Assembly: GCA_934365155.1 (NCBI GenBank)
Contig: CAKRMZ010000031.1
Span: 1 to 19,651, forward strand
Length of the DNA: 19,651 nucleotides
From: an uncultured Eubacteriales bacterium
Lineage (GTDB): Bacteria; Bacillota; Clostridia; Oscillospirales; CAG-272
Direction: 5' to 3'
The notes beneath the pieces were generated by a model. The model searched no databases, was not told where the DNA came from, and worked only from the letters and a program-made list of their open reading frames with translations. This document shows positions 6,874 through 14,191 of the stretch, piece by piece (position 1 is the first letter of the stretch; the number at the start of each line of letters is the position of its first letter). The position numbers were made by a program, and so were the translations under genes.

Positions 6874-7668
6874 TCAGGAAAGATACAATTTCATTTTATC
6901 AAATGATTTAGAGGTTTCATGATCTGCATTTTTAAAGTCGGCCGAAAACGAATTATAACTTCCGTCCGTTCTTATGACTATATTTGTCAGCGACAAATAG
7001 TTTTCGTAAAATGCTTTCAAAGCCGAATAGGCTTCCGTATATTCGTCCGGAGGGTTTTTGAGCTGCTTCATCAGTTCCAGAACCTCATCCTGATTATTTG
7101 AAATCGCCGACAAACTGCTCGAAAAATCCTTATCGGAAAGCAAATTATAGAGAGCATCGTTAAAATCGCTTACAAATTTGCCGTTTTCCATTGTGTATTT
7201 GTCTGTTTCCGAATCCCGCTTTTCGTGAATTGCATTATACCAAACGGCCAGTATTAAATTGCCTGCCGTTTCTGCTTCCGCCGCGCCGTCAAGCATTTTG
7301 TATGTAACCGTTTTTAAATTATCGTCATACTTTTTCAAATTTTCCGAATATATTTTTAAATTTTCCGCATCAATCGCCGCCTTTCTCTTACTGACAGCAA
7401 ATGCCCCGATCAATCCGATAAGTATGACGGCCGATAGAATAATTGCAGTAATCATAATACCTTTATGCTTTTTCTTTTTCGGGATATCGACACCGTTAGA
7501 GGCGCCGCAAGCAGGGCATGTGTCCTGTTCCTTCGGATATTGTCCTCCGCATTCGGGACAGGTTATAGCAGTGGTGGAAATAGTATCGTTTTGGTAATTG
7601 CAGTGCGGGCAAACAGCGGCTTTATCGCTGATGGATTGTCCGCAATTCGGGCAGTGAATCAATGCCAT
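6874..7668 (-). CDS. Double zinc-ribbon, single-pass membrane protein with an extracytoplasmic helical domain (264 aa)
   Basis: CPNCG..x11..CPHC and CPECG..x10..CPAC motifs, then a KKKKHK stop-transfer and the TM helix GIMITAIILSAVILIGLIGAFAV, then about 160 aa rich in Lys/Asp/Asn. Start moved from the track's 7767 to the ATG at 7666-7668, which has an AGGAGA SD. Confidence 0.8.
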   Translation of the reverse strand: MALIHCPNCGQSISDKAAVCPHCNYQNDTISTTAITCPECGGQYPKEQDTCPACGASNGVDIPKKKKHKGIMITAIILSAVILIGLIGAFAVSKRKAAIDAENLKIYSENLKKYDDNLKTVTYKMLDGAAEAETAGNLILAVWYNAIHEKRDSETDKYTMENGKFVSDFNDALYNLLSDKDFSSSLSAISNNQDEVLELMKQLKNPPDEYTEAYSALKAFYENYLSLTNIVIRTDGSYNSFSADFKNADHETSKSFDKMKLYLS

Positions 7669-7684
7669 TTTGATTTCTCCTTTC

Positions 7685-7867
7685 TTAATCGTCCTCGTCC
7701 TCGTCGTTTGGCCACGACGAGATAAAATGAATATCCCCGCTGTCCATATCCATGGCCATATTGTCACCCATGCGCATCAGCATATTACCGTCGGAGTCAA
7801 TTGCCATGTTGTCGGAAACGGTGTACGCAAAATCACCATCGTCATAGTCGAAGAAACGCTTGCTCAT
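7685..7867 (-). CDS. Hyper-acidic Asp/Met-rich microprotein (60 aa), function unknown
   Basis: ATG at 7865-7867 with a GGAG SD, 12 nt after the HNH stop and 16 nt before the next start. Hand count: 15 Asp, 2 Glu, 3 Lys/Arg, 8 Met. Internal repeat DNMAIDSDG / DNMAMDMDSG. C-terminus DEDEDD. Confidence 0.65.
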   Translation of the reverse strand: MSKRFFDYDDGDFAYTVSDNMAIDSDGNMLMRMGDNMAMDMDSGDIHFISSWPNDEDEDD

Positions 7868-7879
7868 AGAGATTTCTCC

Positions 7880-8191
7880 TCAATCTTCAATAATCTTGTA
7901 TTCCATACGGGAGCCTTTGACTCTGCGTGCGTGGTAGTGGGTGCCGTTCGCTTTCCAGTGCGGAAAGCGATCTGCTTTTTCCTCGTTGGTATCACGATGG
8001 CAAATGATAATGTTTTCGGGGACGTTGCAACCGCCGGCGGAAAGCGGACGGATGTGGTCGATCGTCGGGTGATAAGCACTGTTCGGATTCCCGCAAGCGG
8101 ATTTTTTCATCAGCCGTCCGGTATAATCATACGCCTCTTGCTTTGTACCGAAAAACCGGCTCCATACATCGATGGTCTTATACTTTGACAT
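7880..8191 (-). CDS. Compact stand-alone HNH endonuclease-fold protein (103 aa)
   Basis: HNH core IDHIRPLSAGG...ENIIICHRDTNEEKAD (His-Asn-Asn/His spacing). ATG at 8189-8191, with AGGAGG 8 nt upstream. Confidence 0.85.
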   Translation of the reverse strand: MSKYKTIDVWSRFFGTKQEAYDYTGRLMKKSACGNPNSAYHPTIDHIRPLSAGGCNVPENIIICHRDTNEEKADRFPHWKANGTHYHARRVKGSRMEYKIIED

Positions 8192-8222
8192 TTTAAGTAC
8201 CTCCTTTTCAGTTGTTATTTAT

Positions 8223-8267
8223 ATTCTATAATCCAAACGGATAACTGTCGATGAACCGCATGGTTCA
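8223..8267 (-). promoter_or_regulatory. Candidate promoter of the HNH operon with an abutting inverted repeat
   Basis: Minus sense: -35 TCGACA (8246-8251), 17-nt spacer, -10 TAGAAT (8223-8228). The inverted repeat TGAACC-gcat-GGTTCA (8252-8267) sits immediately upstream of the -35. No T-tract follows it, so it is not a convincing terminator. Confidence 0.4.
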
Positions 8268-8276
8268 AGATACCCT

Positions 8277-9524
8277 TTAATAATTTGATGTGTCCGGTTT
8301 TACTTTGCGTATGGCATCATAGGAAGCATTTAGCTCTTTTATCAGACGGTCAATCGTCAGATTGCTTGATTGACTGTGAACTTTAACGGTATTGGAACAG
8401 AATTTCATGCAGTCATGTTTTGCTCGAGAAAAGAAGTATGACACAAAATCATTGTCATAATCAAAGTTAAAAAAGTCCATGGCGTTTCGAACAACATCAT
8501 CTACAGGTGCCTTAAAGGAATCTGAGGCAAAATACCTCTTTGCTGAATCAAAAGCCTCGTCAACCATGGATTGCAGTTTGTTTAAAACCTTTGTATTATG
8601 AGCGATCGCTTTTTTGAGTAATACCTCGGAATATTTATTTTTTGCTTGTATCATTCGGTCAAGAAGCATTGACAAATAAGGATACACAAATATATGCTTG
8701 TTGCCGAATTGATCTACAATCTCAAATTCTTCCGAGAAGTAGCCTAATACTTTATCGCTTGATTTTTCAATTTCAGATATGACATTTTCATTGTAATAGT
8801 CTTTGCAGCAAGTCATCGGGCTTGTATAAACGCATAGCTGATATAAAGTGGGGATTTCCCGTGCACGCAAACTTGTAAGTATGTCAAAATCGTTATTTTC
8901 CATAGCCAATGCAATCATTTTTTGACGCAGACCTCGTTCCTCACAATGAGATCCGAGCTCTGTATCAAGAGAGTCGATCAAACCTCGGCGTTTAATGCTC
9001 GTTCCCGCTCCAAATCCAAGAATGTATCTGGTACAATCATGTTCGCTGTCATCAACAAACCAAATATAACGGTTATCCATCAGATATTTCATAAATTCAT
9101 AGTTTTTGAATTCAAGTGCATAGTCTATAACGGTTTTATTGTATTCATCCGGATTTAGAAATAATTTGTCTTCTCTTTTGATATATCGATCCCACATTTC
9201 GGGGTCATGAGAAAAGGCTATTTCATAATTTGTAACATGATTGCTGATTGGTTGATAGTGTTTACCTGCGCTTAAAATTTCCTCACAAGAAACCCCTAAT
9301 AATTCACAGAATAGCGGCAAATCGTAGGTTTGGATCGCTTTGCTGCCTTTTATAATTTGAGACATCCTATTCTGCATTTTTGCAATCTCTCCATTGGAGG
9401 CATCCAGCTTTGCAAGTTTCAAATAAGCAATACAAAACTGCCTGACATTCGGATAATCGCTTTTTTCAATCAGCATATTTAAATAACGCCCAACCTTTTC
9501 ATTGTTCCTTTCTAAATAGAACAT
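8277..9524 (-). CDS. XRE-type HTH protein fused to about 330 aa with no motif I recognise (415 aa)
   Basis: The N-terminus matches the XRE HTH pattern (NRMSQIIKGSKAIQTYDLPLFCELLGVSCEEIL). The rest is rich in Lys/Asp/Phe/Tyr and probably helical. The track start at 9533 is a GTG sitting inside the SD, so I call the ATG at 9522-9524, which has GGAGG 8 nt upstream. Confidence 0.8.
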   Translation of the reverse strand: MFYLERNNEKVGRYLNMLIEKSDYPNVRQFCIAYLKLAKLDASNGEIAKMQNRMSQIIKGSKAIQTYDLPLFCELLGVSCEEILSAGKHYQPISNHVTNYEIAFSHDPEMWDRYIKREDKLFLNPDEYNKTVIDYALEFKNYEFMKYLMDNRYIWFVDDSEHDCTRYILGFGAGTSIKRRGLIDSLDTELGSHCEERGLRQKMIALAMENNDFDILTSLRAREIPTLYQLCVYTSPMTCCKDYYNENVISEIEKSSDKVLGYFSEEFEIVDQFGNKHIFVYPYLSMLLDRMIQAKNKYSEVLLKKAIAHNTKVLNKLQSMVDEAFDSAKRYFASDSFKAPVDDVVRNAMDFFNFDYDNDFVSYFFSRAKHDCMKFCSNTVKVHSQSSNLTIDRLIKELNASYDAIRKVKPDTSNY

Positions 9525-9651
9525 ATATTGCACCTCCGTATTCTATTTTTATTTTACTTCAATTCGATCAAACAGTCTATTACCTATTTGTGTATGAAAA
9601 AAGACTATTGCAGTTATTTAATTTATTTATGTATGCTTTTGGCATATATTT

Positions 9652-9680
9652 ATTATAATAGCCCTTGCTGTTGCCGACAA
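9652..9680 (-). promoter_or_regulatory. Candidate promoter of the HTH gene
   Basis: Minus sense: -35 TTGTCG (9675-9680), 17-nt spacer, perfect -10 TATAAT (9652-9657). Confidence 0.4.
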
Positions 9681-9830
9681 ACGGTTTTGCAGGATACATA
9701 GTTTATCCTCCGCTGAGGTATACGTCCGACACAAGCACAGCATTTTGAATTTTCCGGCAAACAGTCTACTTGTCAAAAGGATTCCGCCAAAATTCTCTTG
9801 CTCATAAAAACAAGAAATCCGAGTTTCATA

Positions 9831-9868
9831 AAACAAAAAGTCCTTGAAAACTCAATGTTTTCAAGGAC
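9831..9868 (-). terminator. Rho-independent terminator after tRNA-Ser
   Basis: GTCCTTGAAAAC (9840-9851) pairs with GTTTTCAAGGAC (9857-9868). In minus sense TTTTTGTTT follows. Confidence 0.75.
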
Positions 9869-9873
9869 TTCGT

Positions 9874-9965
9874 TGGCGGAGAAGGAGAGATTCGAACTCT
9901 CGAACCGCTTTTGACGGTTACACGATTTCCAGTCGTGCGCCCTCGACCAGCTAGGCGACTTCTCC
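9874..9965 (-). tRNA. tRNA-Ser, anticodon GGA (92 nt, long variable arm, encoded CCA)
   Basis: Folded by hand:
- acceptor stem GGAGAAG/CTTCTCC;
- anticodon stem CACGA/TCGTG with loop CT-GGA-AA;
- variable arm AACCG/CGGTT;
- T arm GAGAG-TTCGAAT-CTCTC;
- discriminator G, then CCA. Confidence 0.93.
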
Positions 9966-9990
9966 ATGCAACTTATGCAAGTACTTGAAT

Positions 9991-10019
9991 AGTATATCAC
10001 TTTTAAAGAATAAAATCAA
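9991..10019 (-). promoter_or_regulatory. Candidate promoter of tRNA-Ser
   Basis: Minus sense: -35 TTGATT (10014-10019), 17-nt spacer, -10 TATACT (9991-9996), about 25 nt before the mature 5' end. Confidence 0.5.
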
Positions 10020-10212
10020 GGGTATTTTTTATTTTTCATTATATTTTTGCTTTTTTCTCGATTGCAATATTTAATTGAACGGTATCAAAAAAATTTACAC
10101 GGCAAATACAAATGAAGATTTTTAAAAAAGCATTCTCTCCGATCGGTTGAATATGCATCGCGAAAACACAATGTCTCAATCGAATAAATTTCGTTTTGCC
10201 TCCGTAATAAAA

Positions 10213-10250
10213 CGGGAGAAACGGATCACTGAATATAAAAACGTTTCTCC
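10213..10250 (-). terminator. Possible terminator after ymdB (large loop)
   Basis: GGGAGAAACG (10213-10222) pairs with CGTTTCTCCC (10241-10250) around an 18-nt loop. In minus sense GTTTTATT follows. Confidence 0.4.
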
Positions 10251-10263
10251 CCATATATTCCGA

Positions 10264-11046
10264 TTAAAATCGAACCCGTTTGACCGACAGACACCTTCCC
10301 TTTTTTTCGTCCACCTCAAAAACGGCTCCGCTACACTGCCATTCTCCGTGGCTTGCCACCTGGAATCTCACAGGACGCTTTGTCAAAAAACGCTCGATCG
10401 CCCGGTCGGAATCCATTCCCAATACCGAATCAACGGGACCGCACATTCCGATATCCGTAATAAATCCCGTGCCGCCCGGGAGTATACGTTCATCCGCGGT
10501 CGGAACATGAGTATGCGTTCCGAAAAAAACAGCGAGCTTTGGAAATAGGGAATCAAGATATTGTGCCAGAGCGGCTTTTTCGGCGGTTGCCTCCGCATGA
10601 AAATCGATAATTGCAAAATCAAATGCATCCTTCTCATTTTCTAAAATTGATTTTGCACAGTAAAAGGGATGGTCTACCGCTTCCATAAAAGCAGTACCCA
10701 AAAGATTTAATACCAAAATCCGATACTGATTGTGCTCAAAAATAACATATCCGTTTCCCGGAGCAGTTCCGGGATAATTTGCCGGACGCAACACATTTTT
10801 ATTTTCAGCCAATAATTCACACACATTTTTGCCTTGCCATGTGTGATTTCCTCCGGTCAAAACATCGACACCGGCCCAAAAAAGTCGATTCGCCCCGGAT
10901 TCATCCACACCGTTTTGCTTGGCACTGTTTTCGGCATTGGCTACGCAAAAATCGATCGCTTCTTCTTTTCTCAATTTTCCCAAACGTCGTTCAAGATATG
11001 CAATGGATTCTTCTCCGACAACATCACCGATCGCCAATATTTTCAT
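10264..11046 (-). CDS. ymdB: YmdB-type metallophosphoesterase (TIGR00282 family; 2',3'-cyclic-nucleotide 2'-phosphodiesterase)
   Basis: MKILAIGDVVG, GGNH, DFHAEATAEK and GTHTHVPTADERILPGGTGFITDIGMCG motifs. Sits directly downstream of rny, as in Bacillus. Start moved from the track's 11070 to the ATG at 11044-11046, which has a GGAG SD. Confidence 0.9.
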   Translation of the reverse strand: MKILAIGDVVGEESIAYLERRLGKLRKEEAIDFCVANAENSAKQNGVDESGANRLFWAGVDVLTGGNHTWQGKNVCELLAENKNVLRPANYPGTAPGNGYVIFEHNQYRILVLNLLGTAFMEAVDHPFYCAKSILENEKDAFDFAIIDFHAEATAEKAALAQYLDSLFPKLAVFFGTHTHVPTADERILPGGTGFITDIGMCGPVDSVLGMDSDRAIERFLTKRPVRFQVASHGEWQCSGAVFEVDEKKGRCLSVKRVRF

Positions 11047-11065
11047 AAAAACTCCGTTCTTCCGA

Positions 11066-11100
11066 TACAAAAACGGAGTGCGGTTGATGCCTCACTCCGT
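11066..11100 (-). terminator. Hairpin plus T-tract between rny and ymdB (terminator or attenuator)
   Basis: In minus sense: ACGGAGTG, 12-nt loop, CACTCCGT, then TTTTT. Confidence 0.55.
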
Positions 11101-11144
11101 TCATTTGTCAATGGTCAATGAATATCCTCAAAAGAGCTTACAGA

Positions 11145-12692
11145 CTACTTTGCAAAATCGGTAACTCGGCTCTCGCGAATCAGGTTTACTTTAATCTGTC
11201 CGGGATATTCCAACTCTTCTTCAATTTTCTTAACAATATCTCTGGCGATAACCACCATCTGATCGTCGTTCACTTTTTCCGGCTTCACCATAATGCGAAT
11301 TTCGCGTCCGGCTTGGACGGCGAAGGACTTCTCAACGCCGGCAAAGCTGTTGGATATTTCCTCAAGCTTTTGCAAGCGCTTAATGTAATTCTCTAAATCT
11401 TCACGACGGGCACCGGGGCGTGCTGCAGAAATATCGTCTGCCGCATCGACAATCAAAGCCACTAAAGTATGCGGCTCCACGTCGCCGTGGTGAGATTCTA
11501 TTGCATGGATAACCTCACGGTTTTCCTTGTACTTTTTCGCAATATCGACACCGAGCTGTACATGTGAGCCTTCGACTTCTTGCGTTAAGGACTTTCCGAT
11601 ATCATGCAAAAGTCCGGCACGCTTAGCCATTGTAGAATCAATTCCGATTTCATCCGCAATCATTCCGGAAAGCAATGCCACCTCAATCGAATGGTTAAGC
11701 ACATTTTGTCCGTAGCTGGTACGGAATTTCAAACGTCCCAAAAGTTTTACTAAATCCGGATGTATTCCGTGGATCCCAACCTCAAACACAGCACGCTCGC
11801 CGGCTTGTTTGATAACAGCCTCAACCTCTCGGCGGGATTTATCCACCATTTCCTCAATGCGGGAAGGATGAATCCGTCCGTCCGAAATCAATTTTTCCAA
11901 GGAAAGCCTTGCAATCTCTCGGCGGATCGGATCAAAACTGGAAATAGTAATGGCTTCCGGTGTATCGTCAATAATCAAATCAACACCGGTCAATGTCTCG
12001 ATCGCACGGATGTTGCGTCCTTCGCGACCGATAATCCGTCCTTTCATCTCATCGTTCGGCAGCGGAACTACCGAAACCGTTACTTCAGAAACCAGATCAG
12101 ACGCCAAACGCTGGATTGCCAAGGTAACAATATTGCGCGCTTTATCGTCCGCCTCTTCCTTAATTTGCTGCTCAATTTCAATAATCTTCGCAGCCGCTTC
12201 GTGCTTCACATCGTCTTCAATCTTGGAGAGCAACTGCTGTCTGGCCTGTTCAATCGTCAATGCTGAAATTTGCTCCAAGGTCGTTAACTGCTGTGCCTTG
12301 ATTTTTTCGATTTCTTCTGTTAAGTCGGAATTCTCCCGAATCTTACGATTCAGTGTTTCCTCCTTTTTTTCTATGTTTTCAATCTTACGGTCCAAAGCTT
12401 CTTCTTTAGAAACAGCACGCCGTTCAAGGCGAGATACTTCATTACGACGCTCTTTAATTTCACGCTCTGCATCGTTTTTGGTTCGCAAAACCTCTTCTTT
12501 GGCCTCTAAAAGTGCCTCTTTTTTCTTGGTCTCCGCCAGTTTAATTCCGTCATCGATAATTTTTTTGGCTTGCTCTTCCGCTGAACCGATTTCGGCTTCA
12601 GATACTTTCTTGCGATAGAGAATACCGCCTGCAACGCCGAGCGGAATCGCTATGATTATCGTGATTAACGCTGTAATTACAATTTCGATCAT
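11145..12692 (-). CDS. rny: Ribonuclease Y (515 aa)
   Basis: N-terminal TM helix, a long Lys/Glu coiled-coil, a KH domain ([26 protein letters not shown]) and an HD domain (LLHDIGK...HH). ATG at 12690-12692, with AAGGAGG upstream. Confidence 0.95.
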   Translation of the reverse strand: MIEIVITALITIIIAIPLGVAGGILYRKKVSEAEIGSAEEQAKKIIDDGIKLAETKKKEALLEAKEEVLRTKNDAEREIKERRNEVSRLERRAVSKEEALDRKIENIEKKEETLNRKIRENSDLTEEIEKIKAQQLTTLEQISALTIEQARQQLLSKIEDDVKHEAAAKIIEIEQQIKEEADDKARNIVTLAIQRLASDLVSEVTVSVVPLPNDEMKGRIIGREGRNIRAIETLTGVDLIIDDTPEAITISSFDPIRREIARLSLEKLISDGRIHPSRIEEMVDKSRREVEAVIKQAGERAVFEVGIHGIHPDLVKLLGRLKFRTSYGQNVLNHSIEVALLSGMIADEIGIDSTMAKRAGLLHDIGKSLTQEVEGSHVQLGVDIAKKYKENREVIHAIESHHGDVEPHTLVALIVDAADDISAARPGARREDLENYIKRLQKLEEISNSFAGVEKSFAVQAGREIRIMVKPEKVNDDQMVVIARDIVKKIEEELEYPGQIKVNLIRESRVTDFAK

Positions 12693-12866
12693 AAAACACC
12701 TCCTTAATATGTTCTGAAAATCCTGTACTTTTCATTTTTAAACATAAGTTTAAACATAAGGTCAATTTAATAATTTAATGATAGATAACTATATACCTAT
12801 GAAATAAAAGGCAAGCAAAAAAACATCTTACCTCTTAAAATTACAATACCATTATGCCATAATAAT

Positions 12867-12895
12867 ATTTTAATAAAAAAAGACTGCTGTGTCAA
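12867..12895 (-). promoter_or_regulatory. Candidate rny promoter
   Basis: Minus sense: -35 TTGACA (12890-12895), 17-nt spacer, -10 TAAAAT (12867-12872). Implies a leader of roughly 170 nt. Confidence 0.55.
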
Positions 12896-12933
12896 TATCA
12901 AATATAATAAATCTCGGTATTTCTGATTGCCTT

Positions 12934-12973
12934 GAAAAAGAGACCGAAAAGCTTAGCGCTTTTCGATCTCTTT
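12934..12973 (-). terminator. Rho-independent terminator after thiI
   Basis: 16-nt arms at 12937-12952 and 12958-12973 (one G-U/mismatch) around a 5-nt loop. A T-run follows in minus sense. Begins 5 nt after the stop. Confidence 0.7.
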
Positions 12974-12977
12974 AAAC

Positions 12978-14162
12978 TTACAAAATCTCATTCTTAATTT
13001 CGACGGTTTCAAGCGTTGAGAATGCATCACGCAGCAATTCATCATAGTTTTCAAGCTTTGCCTCCTGAAGTTCTACCTTTGCGGCCTCCGGCTTCGTACG
13101 AGGATGCCGGGGAGTAAACACCGTACAGCAGTCTTCATAAGGCAGGATTGAGGTTTCAAACGTATCAATCTTTCTGGATACGGAAATAATCTCCTCTTTA
13201 TCCAAGCCGATACAGGGGCGAAACACCGGGATCGACACGACGCTGTCCGTTACGGCAAGCGCCCGCATTGTCTGACTTGCCACCTGTCCCAAGCTCTCAC
13301 CGGTCGTCAGTGCATCGCAGCCGAATCGCTCCGCGGTCATTTGCGCCAAACGCATCATAAACCGACGGAGCAGAATGGTGAAATAATCTTCGTCGCAGCA
13401 GTCGCGCAGCGCTTCTTGAATTTTGGTAACCGATATAACATGCAGTTGGATATCTCCGCAATATCGCGCCATCTTTTTGGCCAAAGCAAATACTTTTTCT
13501 TTTGCCCGTTCGCTCGTATACGGATAGGATTCAAAATGCAGAGCCTCGGTAATTACGCCGCGTTTTGCCATCATATATCCCGCAACCGGGCTGTCGATTC
13601 CGCCGGACAGCAAGAGCAGTGAGCGACCGTTTGAACCGATCGGCATTCCTCCCGCCGCACGCTCGCTTTGCGAGGCAATATATGCTTTATAATCCCGTAT
13701 TTCAATACGCAAAACAACATCGGGATGATGCACATCCACCGCGATATGCGGAACAGCCTCCAACACTGCCTCACCGGCCATCGCGCTGATTTGCATGGAA
13801 TTATATGCAAAGCTTTTATCCGAGCGCTTGGTTTCAATTTTAAAAGTTTTTTTATTGGCAAGATACGTCGGTGCTAACGCGCACAGTGCCGTCAAAATGG
13901 CATCCATATCTTTTTCTGCTTCGACGGCGCGATTCACCATTGATATGCCGAAAACTTTTTTTGCTTCTTCAAAAAGAACATCCATTGAAATTTCTGTTTG
14001 AATCGGTTCAATATAAATGGTGCTCTGTACAGTATAAATTTCAAATTTACCGAAAAACGAAAAACGATACCGCAGCGAACGCAGCAACAAATTTTCAAAC
14101 TGTCTCCGGTTTGCGCCTTTCAAGGCAATTTCACCGTACTTGCACAAAATAACTTCTTTCAT
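12978..14162 (-). CDS. thiI: tRNA 4-thiouridine(8) synthase ThiI (394 aa, no rhodanese domain)
   Basis: N-terminal ferredoxin-like/THUMP region followed by the PP-loop LLLSGGIDSPVAGYMMAKRG. ATG at 14160-14162, with an AGGAG SD. Confidence 0.92.
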   Translation of the reverse strand: MKEVILCKYGEIALKGANRRQFENLLLRSLRYRFSFFGKFEIYTVQSTIYIEPIQTEISMDVLFEEAKKVFGISMVNRAVEAEKDMDAILTALCALAPTYLANKKTFKIETKRSDKSFAYNSMQISAMAGEAVLEAVPHIAVDVHHPDVVLRIEIRDYKAYIASQSERAAGGMPIGSNGRSLLLLSGGIDSPVAGYMMAKRGVITEALHFESYPYTSERAKEKVFALAKKMARYCGDIQLHVISVTKIQEALRDCCDEDYFTILLRRFMMRLAQMTAERFGCDALTTGESLGQVASQTMRALAVTDSVVSIPVFRPCIGLDKEEIISVSRKIDTFETSILPYEDCCTVFTPRHPRTKPEAAKVELQEAKLENYDELLRDAFSTLETVEIKNEIL

Positions 14163-14191
14163 AGAAAACTCCTAAAAATTAATTCCGCGTC

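Noticed and set aside
7670-8188. 172-aa plus-strand ORF, and the 71-aa minus-strand ORF at 7864-8079, overlapping the HNH and microprotein genes.
   Set aside because: There is no SD and no recognisable motif, and they overlap three tightly packed minus-strand genes that each have an SD. I treat them as shadow ORFs.
6470-9965. Classical integrated genomic island or prophage remnant at tRNA-Ser.
   Set aside because: No integrase, recombinase or transposase ORF is present. I could find no duplicated copy of the tRNA 3' end (TGGCGGAGAAGGAGAG...) toward 6.5 kb. Only mosaic base composition supports foreign origin, so I report it as a cassette of unknown origin rather than a mobile element.
10039-10254. 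71-aa minus-strand ORF between ymdB and tRNA-Ser. Also the 67-aa ORF at 6589-6792 and the ORFs at 9627-9836 and 9773-10000.
   Set aside because: They run through terminator hairpins, promoter elements or the tRNA itself. They lack SDs and have implausible Phe/Cys/Ile-rich composition typical of AT-rich non-coding DNA.
11950-12618. 222-aa Ser-rich plus-strand ORF, and the ORF at 11760-12266, both antisense to rny.
   Set aside because: This is the mirror image of the Lys/Glu-rich coiled-coil region of RNase Y. rny itself is unambiguous.
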